Shown: piece after piece, positions 27,975-41,818 of the stretch
Position numbering within the stretch: the stretch's first letter is position 1
How the letters are laid out: each line of letters begins with the position of its first letter
Origin: Eledone cirrhosa
Lineage: Eukaryota
Assembly (NCBI GenBank): GCA_964016885.1
Contig: OZ024760.1
Coordinates: 1,302,001 to 1,366,000, forward strand
DNA: 64,000 bases
Direction of reading: 5' to 3'
The notes under the pieces: model-generated
Seen by the model: the letters and a program-made list of their open reading frames with translations, nothing else
Database searches by the model: none
What the model was told of the DNA's origin: nothing
Position numbers and translations under genes: made by a program

Positions 27975-28319
27975 TACAATATTAAATAAATGGAAAACTA
28001 TATTTATAAAACCATATTTATTTCATTATATATATTTCGGGGATATCATATTAACAATATGCTATGCCTTCATCAGACAAAATACAATATAAACAGTTTT
28101 ATAGATAAATATATTCGACATACCGTAATAAACATCGACTTCACTTCAAATGAAGTCGATGTTTATTACGGTATGTCGAATATATTTATCTATAAAACTG
28201 TTTATATTGTATTTTGTCTGATGAAGGCATAGCATATTGTTAATATGATATCCCCGAAATATATATAATGAAATAAATATGGTTTTATAAATATAGTTTT
28301 CCATTTATTTAATATTGTA
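27975..28319. mobile_element. Family G hammerhead element, perfect palindrome (169-bp arms, 7-nt loop)
   Basis: 27975-28143 is the reverse complement of 28151-28319; no mismatch seen. Confidence 0.88.
28210..28275 (+). ncRNA. Type I hammerhead ribozyme (family G); mirror copy at 28019-28084 (-)
   Basis: tattttgt-CTGATGA-stem II (catatt/aatatg)-GAAA-tatata-TA-atgaaata; 8-bp stem I with two G-U pairs. Confidence 0.83.
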
Positions 28320-28403
28320 AATATACTCCAAATATTTGTCGAGTGCTTTTATATCAGTTATAAATATTTACTAGTTGTAACCCAACAATTTTAAATATAA
28401 CTT

Positions 28404-28445
<42 letters not shown>

Positions 28446-28528
28446 TATATAAATATATATATATAAATATATATAAATATATATATATAAATATATATAT
28501 ATAAATATATATATATAAATATATATAA

Positions 28529-28576
<48 letters not shown>

Positions 28577-28710
28577 TAACAAAGAAAGTGTTGTAAGGAA
28601 CCAGGTGGACCATAACACACCAGAGTACTCGATACTTAGGGTAGTAGAGTGGGTAATAGGAAAAGAGTCAGGTCCCCAACGGCTGAGCTCCGGCCGTTTC
28701 GACAGCTACT
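28577..28710 (-). mobile_element. Family B element (subfamily B2), ends at stem II
   Basis: ...cggctgagctccggccgtttcgacagcta. Confidence 0.8.
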
Positions 28711-28770
28711 AGCTGGGGGTCCCGGTGCGGTCCGTTAAACTCGATGTTATCATTGACAGAATCGTTAGAC

Positions 28771-29580
28771 CAGAGGTTCTCAGACTTTTGGGCCCACGGT
28801 CCCCCCTCACGGCCATGTAAAACCCTCAACATTCCCCAACCCTATTTCCAGAGAGACCTGCCTGCCTACATGCAAAATATATATAATTGTTTCTACTTTT
28901 AGCTCAAGGCCAGCAAATCACAAGTGCATTACTGGTACTTTATTTTATCGACCCCGTAAGTTAACCTCGGCGGGATTTGAACTCAGACTGTAAAGGACCG
29001 TAACTCTATGCTGCAAAGCATGGCGTCCGACTCTCTACCGATACTGCCGATATAATAAATAAACATTAATTTTGGCAGTATCGGTAGAGATTCGAACGTC
29101 ATGCTTTGACGCATAGAGTTACGGCCCTTGCCATTCTGAGTTCAAATCCCGCCGAGGTTAACTTTGCCTTTCATCCTTACGGGGTCGATAAAATAAAGTA
29201 CCAGTAATGTACTGGGAAATTTCTGGCCTTGTGCCAATAGTAGAAACAATTAATTTATACATAATATATAATATAATATAATTGTTTCTACTTTTGGCAC
29301 AAGGCCAGCAAATACCCAGTGCATTACTGGTACTTTATAATATAATATAATATAATATAATATAATATAATATAATATAATATAATATATACTATGTATG
29401 TAAATGAATATTATATATTCTTTATATTATCATATTTATATATAATATGAATCATTTGATATTTAATATACTATTATATTATATCATCTCTACTGCCACC
29501 TTAGCTCACCCCCCACCCCCACCCCCCAGGACCGTCTGAACGACCCCCTGGGGGCGGTGCACCCACTTTGAGAACCTCTG
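28771..29580. mobile_element. hAT/Charlie-like MITE with nested SINEs, inserted into a SINE
   Basis: TIRs CAGAGGTTCTCA / TGAGAACCTCTG; TSD CGTTAGAC/CGTTAGAA; uninterrupted copy at 52814. Confidence 0.9.
28884..29338. mobile_element. SINE family 1 copies in alternating orientation
   Basis: 28884-29050 (-), 29072-29252 (+), 29281-29338 (- tail). Confidence 0.88.
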
Positions 29581-29834
29581 CGTTAGAACGTCGGACAAAA
29601 TGTTTTGCGGCTTCCCCCGCTTGGCGCCCCATTCTTTACATTGTCAGCTTAAAATCCTGTCGAGGTCAACTTTGTCTTTCACTCTTCCGGGTTTGGTGTT
29701 TGATGAAGCAAAGTACCAGTTATGTACTGAGGGAGCTCGATATAATTGGCTGACCTTCCTCTACCATGTTGCTGGTCTGGTGTCTAGATTAGAAATCATT
29801 ACTGGAGGTGGTGGTAGTGGTGGTACACATATAT

Positions 29835-30598
29835 AGTAGTGGTAGTGGTGGTGGTGGTATTGGTAATAGTAGTGGTGGTGGTGGTAGTATTGGTAATAGT
29901 AGTAATAGTGGCAGTGGTAGTATTGGTAATAGTAGTGGTGGTGGTGGTAGTATTGGTAATAGTAGTAATAGTGGCAGTGGTAGTATTGGTAATAGTAGTG
30001 GTGGTGGTGGTAGTATTGGTAATAGTAGTAATAGTGGCAGTGGTAGTATTGGTAATAGTAGTGGTGGTGGTGGTAGTATTGGTAATAGTAGTAATAGTGG
30101 CAGTGGTAGTATTGGTAATAGTAGTGGTGGTGGTGGTAGTATTGGTAATAGTAATGGTAGTGGTGGTGGTAGTATTGGTAATAGTAGTGGTGGTGGTGGT
30201 AGTATTGGTAATAGTAATGGTAGTGGTGGTGGTAGTATTGGTAATAGTAGTGGTGGTGGTGGTAGTATTGGTAATAGTAATGGTAGTGGTGGTGGTACCG
30301 AAAGTACTTTCCTCGCCCCGCTCCTCCTTCTATTCATTGATAGTATTGTTATAGTGTCAGTAGTGTTTTTATAGTAGTAGTAGTAGTGATGTTATATATG
30401 GCTATAGTGGTGGTGGTAGTGTTTTTATAGTAGTAGTGGTAATGTTATAGTGGTGGTGGTAGTGTTTTTATAGTAGTAGTAGTAGTGATGTTATATATGG
30501 CTATAGTGTTGGTGGTAGTGTTTTTATAGTAGTAGTGGTGGTGGTAGTGTTTTTATAGTAGTAGTGGTAATGTTATAGTGGTGGTGGTAGTGTTTTTA

Positions 30599-30632
<34 letters not shown>

Positions 30633-30860
30633 GTTTTTATAGTAGCAGCAGCTGCGGCGGTGGTGGTGGTAGTGTATTTATTGTAGTAGTAGTAGTAGTG
30701 GAGGTGGTGGCAATATTACATTGCTATAGTAGAGGTGGTAGTTTTTTTATAGCAGTAGTAGTAGTAGTAGTAGTGGTAGTAGTAGTAGTAGTAGTACTAG
30801 TGGTAGTGGTAGTAGTAGTAGTAGTAGTACTAGTGGTAGTGGTAGTAGTAGTAGTGGTAG
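29835..30860. repeat. (GGT/AGT)-derived minisatellites
   Basis: Alternating 30/33-bp units around GGTAGTATTGGTAATAGTA, then GTGTTTTTATAGTAG units and (GTA)n. Confidence 0.9.
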
Positions 30861-31509
30861 TAGAAGCGCGCTTGCCCTTTACAAGTCAGTCGCGTACCAC
30901 AAAAAAAAACCCTGTAGAGTCTCGAATCCAAACATAGATTTAGTAAAGGTGGGGGGGGGGTCTAAGATAGAGAATGGGAGGGGGGGGGTTTAAATGGTAC
31001 CACCACCACCACCACCACCATCATCATCATAACAACTACCTCTTGGCAGTTGGAATAAGGTGGAAGCAGCGAGGGTGGGGTGGAGGTGGGAGGGTTCTTT
31101 TTGGTGAGGATGGTAGTGACGGTGGTGGTGGTGGTGATGGAGGTAGTGGTGGTGGTGGTGGTGAGGATGGTAGTGGCGGTGGTGGCGGTGGTGGCAGTGA
31201 CGGTAGAGGTGGTGGAGGTGAGGATTGTGGTGGTGGTGGTGGTTCGTTGAATGAGCTTAGAGCACGTGTGTAGTGTTGTGTTGTATATGTATGGGATGTA
31301 TATAAAGAATATATATTGTGTTGTGTATATATGTATGTATAATATCTATATATGTATGTATAATATATATATATATATAGCGATATGTAGTGGAGTGTAT
31401 TAGTAAAATAACTGACCCTGACCTACATATACGCATTCATATATGTACACATATACATATATATATGTATACACACACACACACACATATATATATACAT
31501 ATATATATA

Positions 31510-31567
31510 TAGGAACAAGTTAGACCCCGACGGCTGAGCTCAAGCCGTTTCGACGGCTAATTCTGGA
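31510..31567 (-). mobile_element. Family B fragment
   Basis: gaccccgacggctgagctcaagccgtttcgacggctaattctgga. Confidence 0.8.
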
Positions 31568-31570
31568 AGC

Positions 31571-31607
<37 letters not shown>

Positions 31608-32121
31608 TACACACATATATATATATACACATATACATTTACACATACATATATATATATACACATATATATATACACATACATATATATATATATATAT
31701 ACATATATAATATACATATATATATATACGCACACACATATATATATACACACATACACATATATATATATACATAAATAATCTACATAATATACATATA
31801 TATATATATACACATCGTATATATATATATATACGCATATATATATGTGTGTGCGTATTTTATATATATATATGTGTGCGTATATATATACGCGCACACA
31901 AACAATGATGGTGGGAGGCAACAGTTCATTCACTCGCTGTGTGTATGAGAGACAGAAAGAGTAACAGTTGTAAAGGAAATAGATCTATAGATAGATAAAG
32001 AGAGAGTAGCAAGGGTGGAGTAGGAGAGACAACAACACACAGCTCGGGTTGTACATGTTTGTTGTTGTTGTTGTCGTTGGAAGGGTCTACGAGGTAAGGG
32101 TACATTCCTTTCTAATATGTG

Positions 32122-32160
<39 letters not shown>

Positions 32161-32338
32161 GCAGAGATTATATTTAATTTAAAAATATAGTATCCTACAT
32201 GTAAGTGTGTGTGTATATATATACGTCTGTTGCTTGGTTTATAGAGTGTATATATTGTATATATGTTTACGAGGTAAGGGTACATTTTCTTTCGCTATCT
32301 GTATACGATTATACACATACGTGTATACAAGCACAGAT

Positions 32339-32388
<50 letters not shown>

Positions 32389-32634
32389 CACACACACAAG
32401 GATAAATATACACGCACATACAAATATGTATATAAATCTTTATATATATGTGTCTGTATATATATATATATATATATGTATATATAATCGGTGTTTGTAT
32501 ACACGTATGTGTATAATCGTAGCGTACGTACGATATGTATGTATGGATCGTTATATGTGTGTATGTATGTATATATATATATGTGTGTGTAGAAATTATA
32601 TTTAATTTGTTGGGATACATTTATTAATATATTG

Positions 32635-32665
<31 letters not shown>

Positions 32666-33049
32666 ATATATATATATATACACATATCGTACATGCGTTA
32701 CAATATACATATACATACCGTGTATACAAACACAGGCATATATATATATATACACACAGACAACATACATACAGTGCCCGTGTTTGTATACACGGTATGT
32801 ATATGTATATTGTAACGCATGTACGATATGTGTGTGAGTGTGTGTATATATATATATATATACATATACAGTGTTTGTGTATATCGTATCGTAAGTATCT
32901 TTATGGGTGTATATATATATATATATACGTACATATATATTATTTGTGAGGGACTCAATACACATTGTAAAGTGTGGTATATATATATATATACATTCGT
33001 CCGAAACTAAACTTAAAGGTTCTGTGCGATCCTTTAGGAGACAAACGTG

Positions 33050-33106
<57 letters not shown>

Positions 33107-33413
33107 GTGTATATATATATATGTATATGTGTATATATATATATAGACTCAGGTCTATTATCCACTACATATATTGGCGTATACACATGTGAGTGTGTAT
33201 ATATGAAAAAACATAGTCACCACGATGCAGATAACTATATTAATAGTTGATACATATATATGATGGTTGAATAAATCCGGAATCGTGCCCCTGGATGTGT
33301 CCTTTTTCATCTCACTAGAAGTATTTTACTCGATTTATTCAACTCTTACTGTGGTTATTTGTAATGTGGCTGCTATATTTTCAGAATTCCCGTTGAATCG
33401 TTAGTCAAAGAAG

Positions 33414-33485
<72 letters not shown>

Positions 33486-33525
33486 ATATAATATAAGATC
33501 AAAAGATGGTTAAAAGAGTTCTATG

Positions 33526-33592
33526 TATTTTATTATGCGCATTTTAAAAACAAATATCATAGGATGATATTTGCGTTCTCATCAGATAAAAT
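33526..33592 (-). ncRNA. Family C hammerhead, G12A mutant
   Basis: Minus attttat-CTGATGA-gaacgcaaatatca..tgatatttgttttt-AAAA-tgcgca-TA-ataaaata. Confidence 0.75.
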
Positions 33593-33669
33593 GATATGGA
33601 GCTTAAAAAACACTTGCGAGCAGTGAAGTGTTAAATCAACACACACATATATATATATATATGTGTGTG

Positions 33670-33723
<54 letters not shown>

Positions 33724-33730
33724 TATAAGT

Positions 33731-33922
33731 TTATCCCGGGTTCAATCGGGGGTAACCACAGTAAGTAAGGTACTCAATACATAGCAGAGTATACATATTT
33801 AATATAGAAATGGCTTCTACAAGACTAGAACTGTTTCATTCGTGAGAAATCATCATGCTGCCTGATGATTTCTCACGAATGAAACAGTTCTAGCCCTGTA
33901 GAAGCTTTTCTATATTAAATAT
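33731..33922. mobile_element. Family A element with fold-back; hammerhead 33857-33905 (+)
   Basis: gctgc-CTGATGA-t ttc tcac gaa t-GAAA-cag..ctg-TA-gaagc; palindrome 33795-33922. Confidence 0.83.
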
Positions 33923-33940
33923 ATATTATATATATATATA

Positions 33941-33970
<30 letters not shown>

Positions 33971-33972
<2 letters not shown>

Positions 33973-34153
33973 ACGAAGGAATTGTGGGAAGGAACCAGAT
34001 GGGCCAGAACGCACCAAAGTACTCAATACTTGGGGTAGTAGAGTGGGAAAAAGTATGACCCCGATGGCAGAGCTCAAGCCGTTTCGACGGCTATTTCAGT
34101 CCAGAAATAGCCGTCGAAACGGCTTGAGCTCTGCCGTCGGGGTCATACTTTTT

Positions 34154-34158
<5 letters not shown>
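33971..34158 (-). mobile_element. Family B element with fold-back
   Basis: Palindrome centred on ctatttc-agtcca-gaaatag. Confidence 0.85.
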
Positions 34159-34197
<39 letters not shown>

Positions 34198-34280
34198 CAT
34201 ACGCTCGCATATGCCATGCGTATATTGGTACTTCTTCAAAGATATACTCTATACACATATACACTCCATGGGAATATGTA

Positions 34281-34329
<49 letters not shown>

Positions 34330-34756
34330 CATATATATACATATATATATATATACCTCGTTGTTGTTATTGTCAAATATGTCTGTATTCAGTTTAAGTT
34401 ATTAAATAATAACTCATGTTGTTGGTCACCTGTGTGTGCGAAGAAGCGGTTTAAGCTTGACCGTGGGGCATCGTATAGAACTACTTTCCACTTTTCTTAA
34501 GTTTGGAACACTAAATTGATGGTTTTAACCAGTAACATCTCTATATATGTATGTGTGAATGTATATCCGTTTATATGTGTATATATATATGTATGTATGA
34601 ATGTATATCCGTTTATATGTGTATGTATATATATATATGTATGTATGTATGAATGTATATCCGTTTATATGTGTATATATATATGTATGAATGTATAATT
34701 CGTATGAACCAATTAAATAAAACCTTGACTATACGCATATTTGCAATAAATACACC

Positions 34757-34795
<39 letters not shown>

Positions 34796-35005
34796 TTGTG
34801 TTGTTTGGATATAAATATATATGTGTGTGAATATATGTATGTGTGTGAATATATATATATATATGTATGTGTGTGAATATATATATATATATGTGTGTGT
34901 GAATATATATATATATATATATATATACTTATACATATACGTGTGTGTGTGTGTGTGAATATATATATATATATTCACACACACACACACATATATATAT
35001 ATATT

Positions 35006-35054
<49 letters not shown>

Positions 35055-35077
35055 GTATATATATATATATATGTATA

Positions 35078-35116
<39 letters not shown>

Positions 35117-35180
35117 AACAATACAAGAAACGTCCGCATTCGTTCATCAGACAAGGCAATTTTCAATGGAAACTTCAATA

Positions 35181-35237
<57 letters not shown>

Positions 35238-35250
35238 GTGTGAGTATGTG

Positions 35251-35284
<34 letters not shown>

Positions 35285-35292
35285 AGTATGTG

Positions 35293-35341
<49 letters not shown>

Positions 35342-35542
35342 TAAACAAATGTATATAATCATACAGAGACGTGTGCGTGTGTAGACTCTTAAAACGTCGC
35401 ACACTCGTTTAACTGTACCAGGAGTACAGCCATATCTTTGTGTATATATTTTTTTATATTTGTATGTATATATATGTATATATATATATATGTATGTATG
35501 TATGTGTATATAATTATTTAAATGCTAGAGACGGAATACCTA

Positions 35543-35603
<61 letters not shown>

Positions 35604-35671
35604 ACTGACAGGCACTTAAAGGGATAACTAGACCGATTGGCGGTGCTCTCAACTTAGCTAGCCCCAATTGC

Positions 35672-35702
<31 letters not shown>

Positions 35703-35951
35703 ATATATATATAGCAAACATACATATATATATATGTATGTATGTTTACGAATGTGTATATGTAAGTATATAGATAGATGTATGTATGCTTATATATATA
35801 TTTTTTTGTAAGTATATATATATATATGTGTATGTGTGTATATATGTATATATACATATATACATATATATATGTATGTATATATATATATATATATATA
35901 TATAAATGAAAAGTATAGAAATTATTATGAGCACGAAGCACACAGTATTTC

Positions 35952-35999
<48 letters not shown>

Positions 36000-36021
36000 T
36001 ATATACTTACAAATAAACATA

Positions 36022-36096
<75 letters not shown>

Positions 36097-36278
36097 ATAT
36101 AAGTTGAGGGGATTAGCATAAGTTTTTCCTGCTAATACCGATTGTATATATATATGTATGTGTATATGTACATATATGTGTGTGTGTATATATATATATA
36201 TATATGTGTGTATATATGTGTGTGTATATGTATGTATATATATATTTGTCTATATATATATATATATATGTGTGTATT

Positions 36279-36357
<79 letters not shown>

Positions 36358-36724
36358 ATGTGTGTATATATATTATATATATATATCTTTGTATACACAA
36401 GTGATACCTCTTAACTTCATACATAACATATACATTCTATTATACTTGTTCCGGGCAATTTGATTGCGGCCATCCTGGGGCACTGCCTTCAAAGGGATAA
36501 TTTGAATCTATTGTAGAACTGCACCGGTCACCCCCCCCCCATCCTCCTAAGTTGTGTGTTATTTTATCAGTCTCTTATTGTCGGTCTGTTATGTTTCGAG
36601 ACAAACGTAAACATAGCTGACACACACGTGTGTGTGTGTGTATGATTTTACATGTCTGTATATATGTATAGAAATAGTTCAAAGAGCAGAATAAATTCCA
36701 TGTGAGTGTGTGTATATATATATA

Positions 36725-36886
36725 TAGGAGAAAGTATGACCCCGACGGCAGAGATGAAGCCATTTCGGCGTCTATTTCTGGACTAAAACTTTTAGTCAGG
36801 AAATAGCCGTCGAAACGGCTTGAGCTCTGCCGTCGGGGTCATACTTTCTCCTATTACCCACTCTACTACCCTAAGTATTGAGTACT
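36725..36886 (+). mobile_element. Family B element with fold-back
   Basis: Palindrome centred on gactaaaa-c-ttttagtc. Confidence 0.85.
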
Positions 36887-36897
36887 ATATATATAAT

Positions 36898-37040
36898 GAA
36901 GGAGTTGGTGAGAGCTGAGCTCAGACTGCTGAAGCTCACGGAGGAGATAACGAAGGACCCTGACGAATGGAGAGATGCTGTGCTGAATAGGACCCGTCCC
37001 ACCCTTGCAAGCAGGGAAAAGCGGACGTAAAATTATGATA
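36898..37040 (+). mobile_element. RTE-clade LINE extreme 3' end
   Basis: Encodes ELVRAELRLLKLTEEITKDPDEWRDAV, then the gcaagcagggaaaagcggacgtaaa tail. Confidence 0.7.
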
Positions 37041-37496
37041 TATATGAGAGAGTGAGTGTTTATTAAAATGTGTTTACTGACATGGCATTAATAATGACAA
37101 AATTAGCTGTTCTACTAAATCCCTATAATTTTTTTAGATATATAATTGGTTCTACTTTTGGCACAAGGCCAATGCATTATGCCAGTACTTTGTTATCGAC
37201 CTCATAAGAGGAAAGAAACTTTGTTAGTTTATGCAACTGTAGCCACAAATATTGTAAGAATATTCATTCAAGTTTCGATATTATAAGCATTTGAAATGAA
37301 GGAGTGTTTTTGTGGTCACTCTGTATTTTTCTATAAACTGTTCATCATAATTCTGTCAGAACATTTAAGTTCTATTCCAAAGACCTATTTAATGATGTCG
37401 AAGTTAGTTATATTAATAAATCCGTCTAGATATTTTTCTCATTTTCAAAATGATTTGTTTAAAATCATAGTCTGTATTTTGTTAGAAATATAGTAA

Positions 37497-37685
37497 TAAT
37501 TGTTTTTACTTTAGGCACAAGGCCAGAAATTACCCAGTGCATTACTGGTACTTTATTTTATCGACTCTATAAGGATGAAAGGCAAAGTTAACCTCGGCGG
37601 GATTTGAACTCAGATCGTAAAAGGCCATAACTCTTTGCTTCAAAGCATGGCGTCAGACCCTCTACCGATACTGCCAATCCACCAA
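37497..37685 (-). mobile_element. SINE family 1, full length
   Basis: Reverse complement of consensus. Confidence 0.9.
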
Positions 37686-38050
37686 TGAAAAAGGGTTTGA
37701 ATAAAAACTGCAAAAAGTTATGAGCTATTAGATCTAATTTGTCAGTCGGAAAAAAAAAGTTTAAGGAGAGCAGCTGAGGGGAGAGGAATTGGTGTAGGAA
37801 TAAAAGAGATTCGTGAATATGATGGAGGAGAGCAGATGGAAAGGAAAGCTAGCCATTGGCTGCTTGGAGGAGAAGTCATTGGCTCGCTACAAGAGTTTGT
37901 ATGATGACGTTTGGAAGCTGGAGAGTGAAAGAAAGGGGATGTCCCTTTACCAATGATTTGATTGATCAGTCCGTTATTATTAAGAGCAGAAGTTGAGAAA
38001 CCAACCAGCCTTAATTCCTGAGTTCAAAGTCACTTCTATATATATATATA

Positions 38051-38229
38051 TAACGAAGGAATTGTGGTAAGGAATCAGATGGACCATAACGCACCAAAGT
38101 ACTCAATACTTAGGGTAGTAGAGTGGGTAATAGGAACAAGTATGACCCCGACGGCAGAGCTCAAGCCCTTTCGATGGCTATTTCTGGAGTCCATAAATAG
38201 CCGTCGAAACGGCTTGAGCTCTGTTCCTA
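38051..38229 (-). mobile_element. Family B element with fold-back
   Basis: Palindrome centred on ctgga-g-tcca. Confidence 0.85.
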
Positions 38230-38420
38230 TATATATATATATATATATATTGTTATACTTGGGGAGGGTCATATTGTTATAATATTGCCAGAAATAATAA
38301 CAGAACACAGTCACACTGTTTGGTTAGTGTTGGTTTTCGCTTTTGTATCTTTTATATCTCCATAGTTAATTTATTTGGCAATAAATATTTATCATTGATT
38401 GACCAACGGTTAAAAAAAAA

Positions 38421-38460
<40 letters not shown>

Positions 38461-38465
<5 letters not shown>

Positions 38466-38586
38466 AATTCCGTTATAACGTTATTCACGGGGTATAAAAA
38501 AAACAATCTGTTGTAACGAGATCGACCTAACACATCGAGCGTGTGGCCGGGGATTGAAAAACATTCGTTATAACGGAATTTTACCT
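38461..38586. mobile_element. pogo/Tigger-like MITE
   Basis: TIRs GTGAAATTCCGTTATAACG / CGTTATAACGGAATTTTAC. Confidence 0.65.
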
Positions 38587-38769
38587 CTATTTTACCTCGA
38601 AGTTATTGAAATTATTGAATAAACCAATGTACATGCATGTGTGTGTGTATAATATTGACGAGGTGTTAAATTTCCATAACGTTTATTGAGGTGTGACGCG
38701 CGTTTCGCGATTCATCAACTCAAAGTTCGATCTGTATCAATCGGGCCAGACTCTGGAATCAGAATTGTT

Positions 38770-39310
38770 GTTAGTCTTCAGATGTTGGTGCTGTTGTTGT
38801 TGGTCTTCCTTGTTGGTGTTGGCTGTTGTTGTTGGTGTTGTGTCTGTTGTTGTTAGTCTCCAGTTGTTGGTGTTGTGTCTGTTGTTAGTCTTCAGTTGTC
38901 TGTTGTTGTTAGGCTCCAGTTGTTGGTGCTGTGTCTGTTGCTGTTAGTCTTCAGTTGTTAGTCTTCAGTTGTCTGTTGTTGGTGCTGTGTCTGTTGCTGT
39001 TAGTCTCCAGGTGTTGGTGCTGTGTCTGTTGTTGTTAGTCTCCAGTTGTTGGTGTTGTGTCTGTTGTTAGTCTTCAGTTGTCTGTTGTTGTTAGGCTCCA
39101 GTTGTTGGTGCTGTGTCTGTTGCTGTTAGTCTCCAGTTGTTGGTGCTGTGTCTGTTGTTGTTAGTCTCCAGTTGTTGTTGTTGTGTCTGTTGTTAGTCTT
39201 CAGTTGTCTGTTGTTGTTAGGCTCCAGTTGTTGGTGCTGTGTCTGTTGTTGTTAGTCTCCAGTTGTTGTTGTTGTTGTGTCTGTTGTTAGTCTTCAGTTG
39301 TCTGTTGTTG
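38770..39310. repeat. GTT-rich minisatellite with higher-order unit
   Basis: Recurrent GTTGGTGCTGTGTCTGTTG, TTAGTCTCCA and TTAGTCTTCA subunits. Confidence 0.9.
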
Positions 39311-39607
39311 TTGTAGTAGCATGTTCCGGTAACTCTTGTCTTCAGGTCTGACCTTTCACCGACCAAATTTGGTATTTACATACAACCATCTTCAATGACA
39401 CTTGATTGGCTTGGAAGATTACATATATCTGTGGTTGTGTATATATATATACATATATACAGATGTGTATATATTTGTGTGTGTGTGTGTATATATATAT
39501 ATATACATACAGATGTGTATATATTTGTGTGTGTACATATATATAAATATATATATATATATATATGTGTGTATATTTGTGTACATATATATATATATAT
39601 GTATATT

Positions 39608-39646
<39 letters not shown>

Positions 39647-39865
39647 GCACATATATATATATATATATTTGTATGTATAGATGCGTATGTATAGATTTGT
39701 ATATTTGTATGTATAGATGTGTATATATAGATTTGTATATTTGTATGTATAGATGTGTGTATATATATAGATTTGTATATATTTGTATATATATATATAC
39801 ACACACACACATACACAACCATTATGGCTATCTCTCTTGGTCTGTCTATTTTATTCTCTCTGTAA

Positions 39866-39910
<45 letters not shown>

Positions 39911-40377
39911 CATACATGTGCAAGTGTATGCCTTTCTCCCCCTCCCCCTTCTCTCTCTTCCCCCCACAATTTCCTATTATTAAGGTATTAAATTTTATTT
40001 CTTAATCAAACAGCATCATGGCTGCCCAGAAGTAGCTTAAACAAGGAAGAGGTGAGGAACAACTGTATGTTGTAGCGGGGTGGTTAAAATATGTATTGCA
40101 GGCGGTGTTGGGGCTTTTCCTATTTTGTTTTGAGTTATATATATATATACATGTATGTATATATTATATATATATATATATATGCATATATATCATATAT
40201 ATCATATATATCACTATTAAATAGACATCTATCAGATATAGAAAATGCATTCATATAATTATATACACATTGTGTGTATGTGTGTGAGTGTACATATAAT
40301 GTATATATACACATACACATTGTGTGTATATATACATTGTGTATGCATGTATACACACACTACGCACCCACCCATTT

Positions 40378-40409
<32 letters not shown>

Positions 40410-40585
40410 GTGTGTATGATGTCTAGGGGAGATCCTCAATATCTAGACACCATATACACATACATATATATGTATGTATACGCATACACACACACACACA
40501 TATATATATATATACACACACGTATATATATATATATATACACACACGCATATATATATATATTATATATATATATATACACACA

Positions 40586-40622
<37 letters not shown>

Positions 40623-40623
40623 T

Positions 40624-40654
<31 letters not shown>

Positions 40655-40677
40655 CACATATATATATATATATATAT

Positions 40678-40716
<39 letters not shown>

Positions 40717-40729
40717 TATATATATACAC

Positions 40730-40918
<189 letters not shown>

Positions 40919-41134
40919 TTGAGATAAACATTTAAAAGGTACCGGAAGTGCTATGTCCTTAATCTTGCGTCTCTATTGCTGAACTTGATCTTAGGAGTGA
41001 ATCCGATACAGCTTACATGGTTGACCTTTTCTCTATATGGATGGATGTGTACGTATGTATAATGTAAATATATGTGTGTGTGTGTGTATACACAGTTATA
41101 TGTCTGTGTGTGTAATGTAAATATATATATATGC

Positions 41135-41188
<54 letters not shown>

Positions 41189-41499
41189 TAATCCTCTTCT
41201 GTAGAGACGAGACACAGAATCAGTTAGACAATAGCCAAAAGGAAATTGATATATTTATTTATAATATACATGTGTATATATATACATATATATACATATA
41301 TATATATATACACACACGTATACATATATATACATGTATATATATACATACATGTATATATATACATGTATATATACACATACTTATACATGTATATACA
41401 TATACATGTGTATATATATGTATATATATATATACATACTTATACATGTATATACATATATATGTGTATATATATACGCATATATACTCGTACTTATAC

Positions 41500-41568
<69 letters not shown>

Positions 41569-41579
41569 CGTACTTATGC

Positions 41580-41614
<35 letters not shown>

Positions 41615-41624
41615 GATATTAATT

Positions 41625-41755
41625 TAACAATGAATATAACAACGAAGTTAGTTATTTTACCTTTTCATATCATTGTTTTACGATCGTTTCGGAGTGTTGA
41701 TCATATTGACATATTGACTGATCTATACCCTACCACAAAGGGTAGACGACATTGA
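41625..41755 (-). mobile_element. Family E element, internally deleted
   Basis: Minus tcc-GAAA-cgatcg-TA-aaacaatg; homologous to 59490-59680, with the CUGA half deleted. Confidence 0.75.
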
Positions 41756-41765
41756 AATATATACA

Positions 41766-41814
<49 letters not shown>

Positions 41815-41818
<4 letters not shown>

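Noticed and set aside
29808-30374. Gly/Ser-rich structural protein ORF
   Set aside because: Triplet-derived minisatellite starting in a SINE tail; no signal peptide or splice support.
35110-35180. Minus-strand cttgt-CTGATGA hammerhead
   Set aside because: No GAAA or stem III follows; at most a remnant.
37700-38035. Promoter (several CCAAT/ATTGG boxes, TGACGT)
   Set aside because: Short motifs only, with no linked transcript evidence; could be element-derived.
39312-39352. Minus-strand CTGAAGA...GGAA-catgc-TA
   Set aside because: Stems I and II do not pair and the core is mutated.
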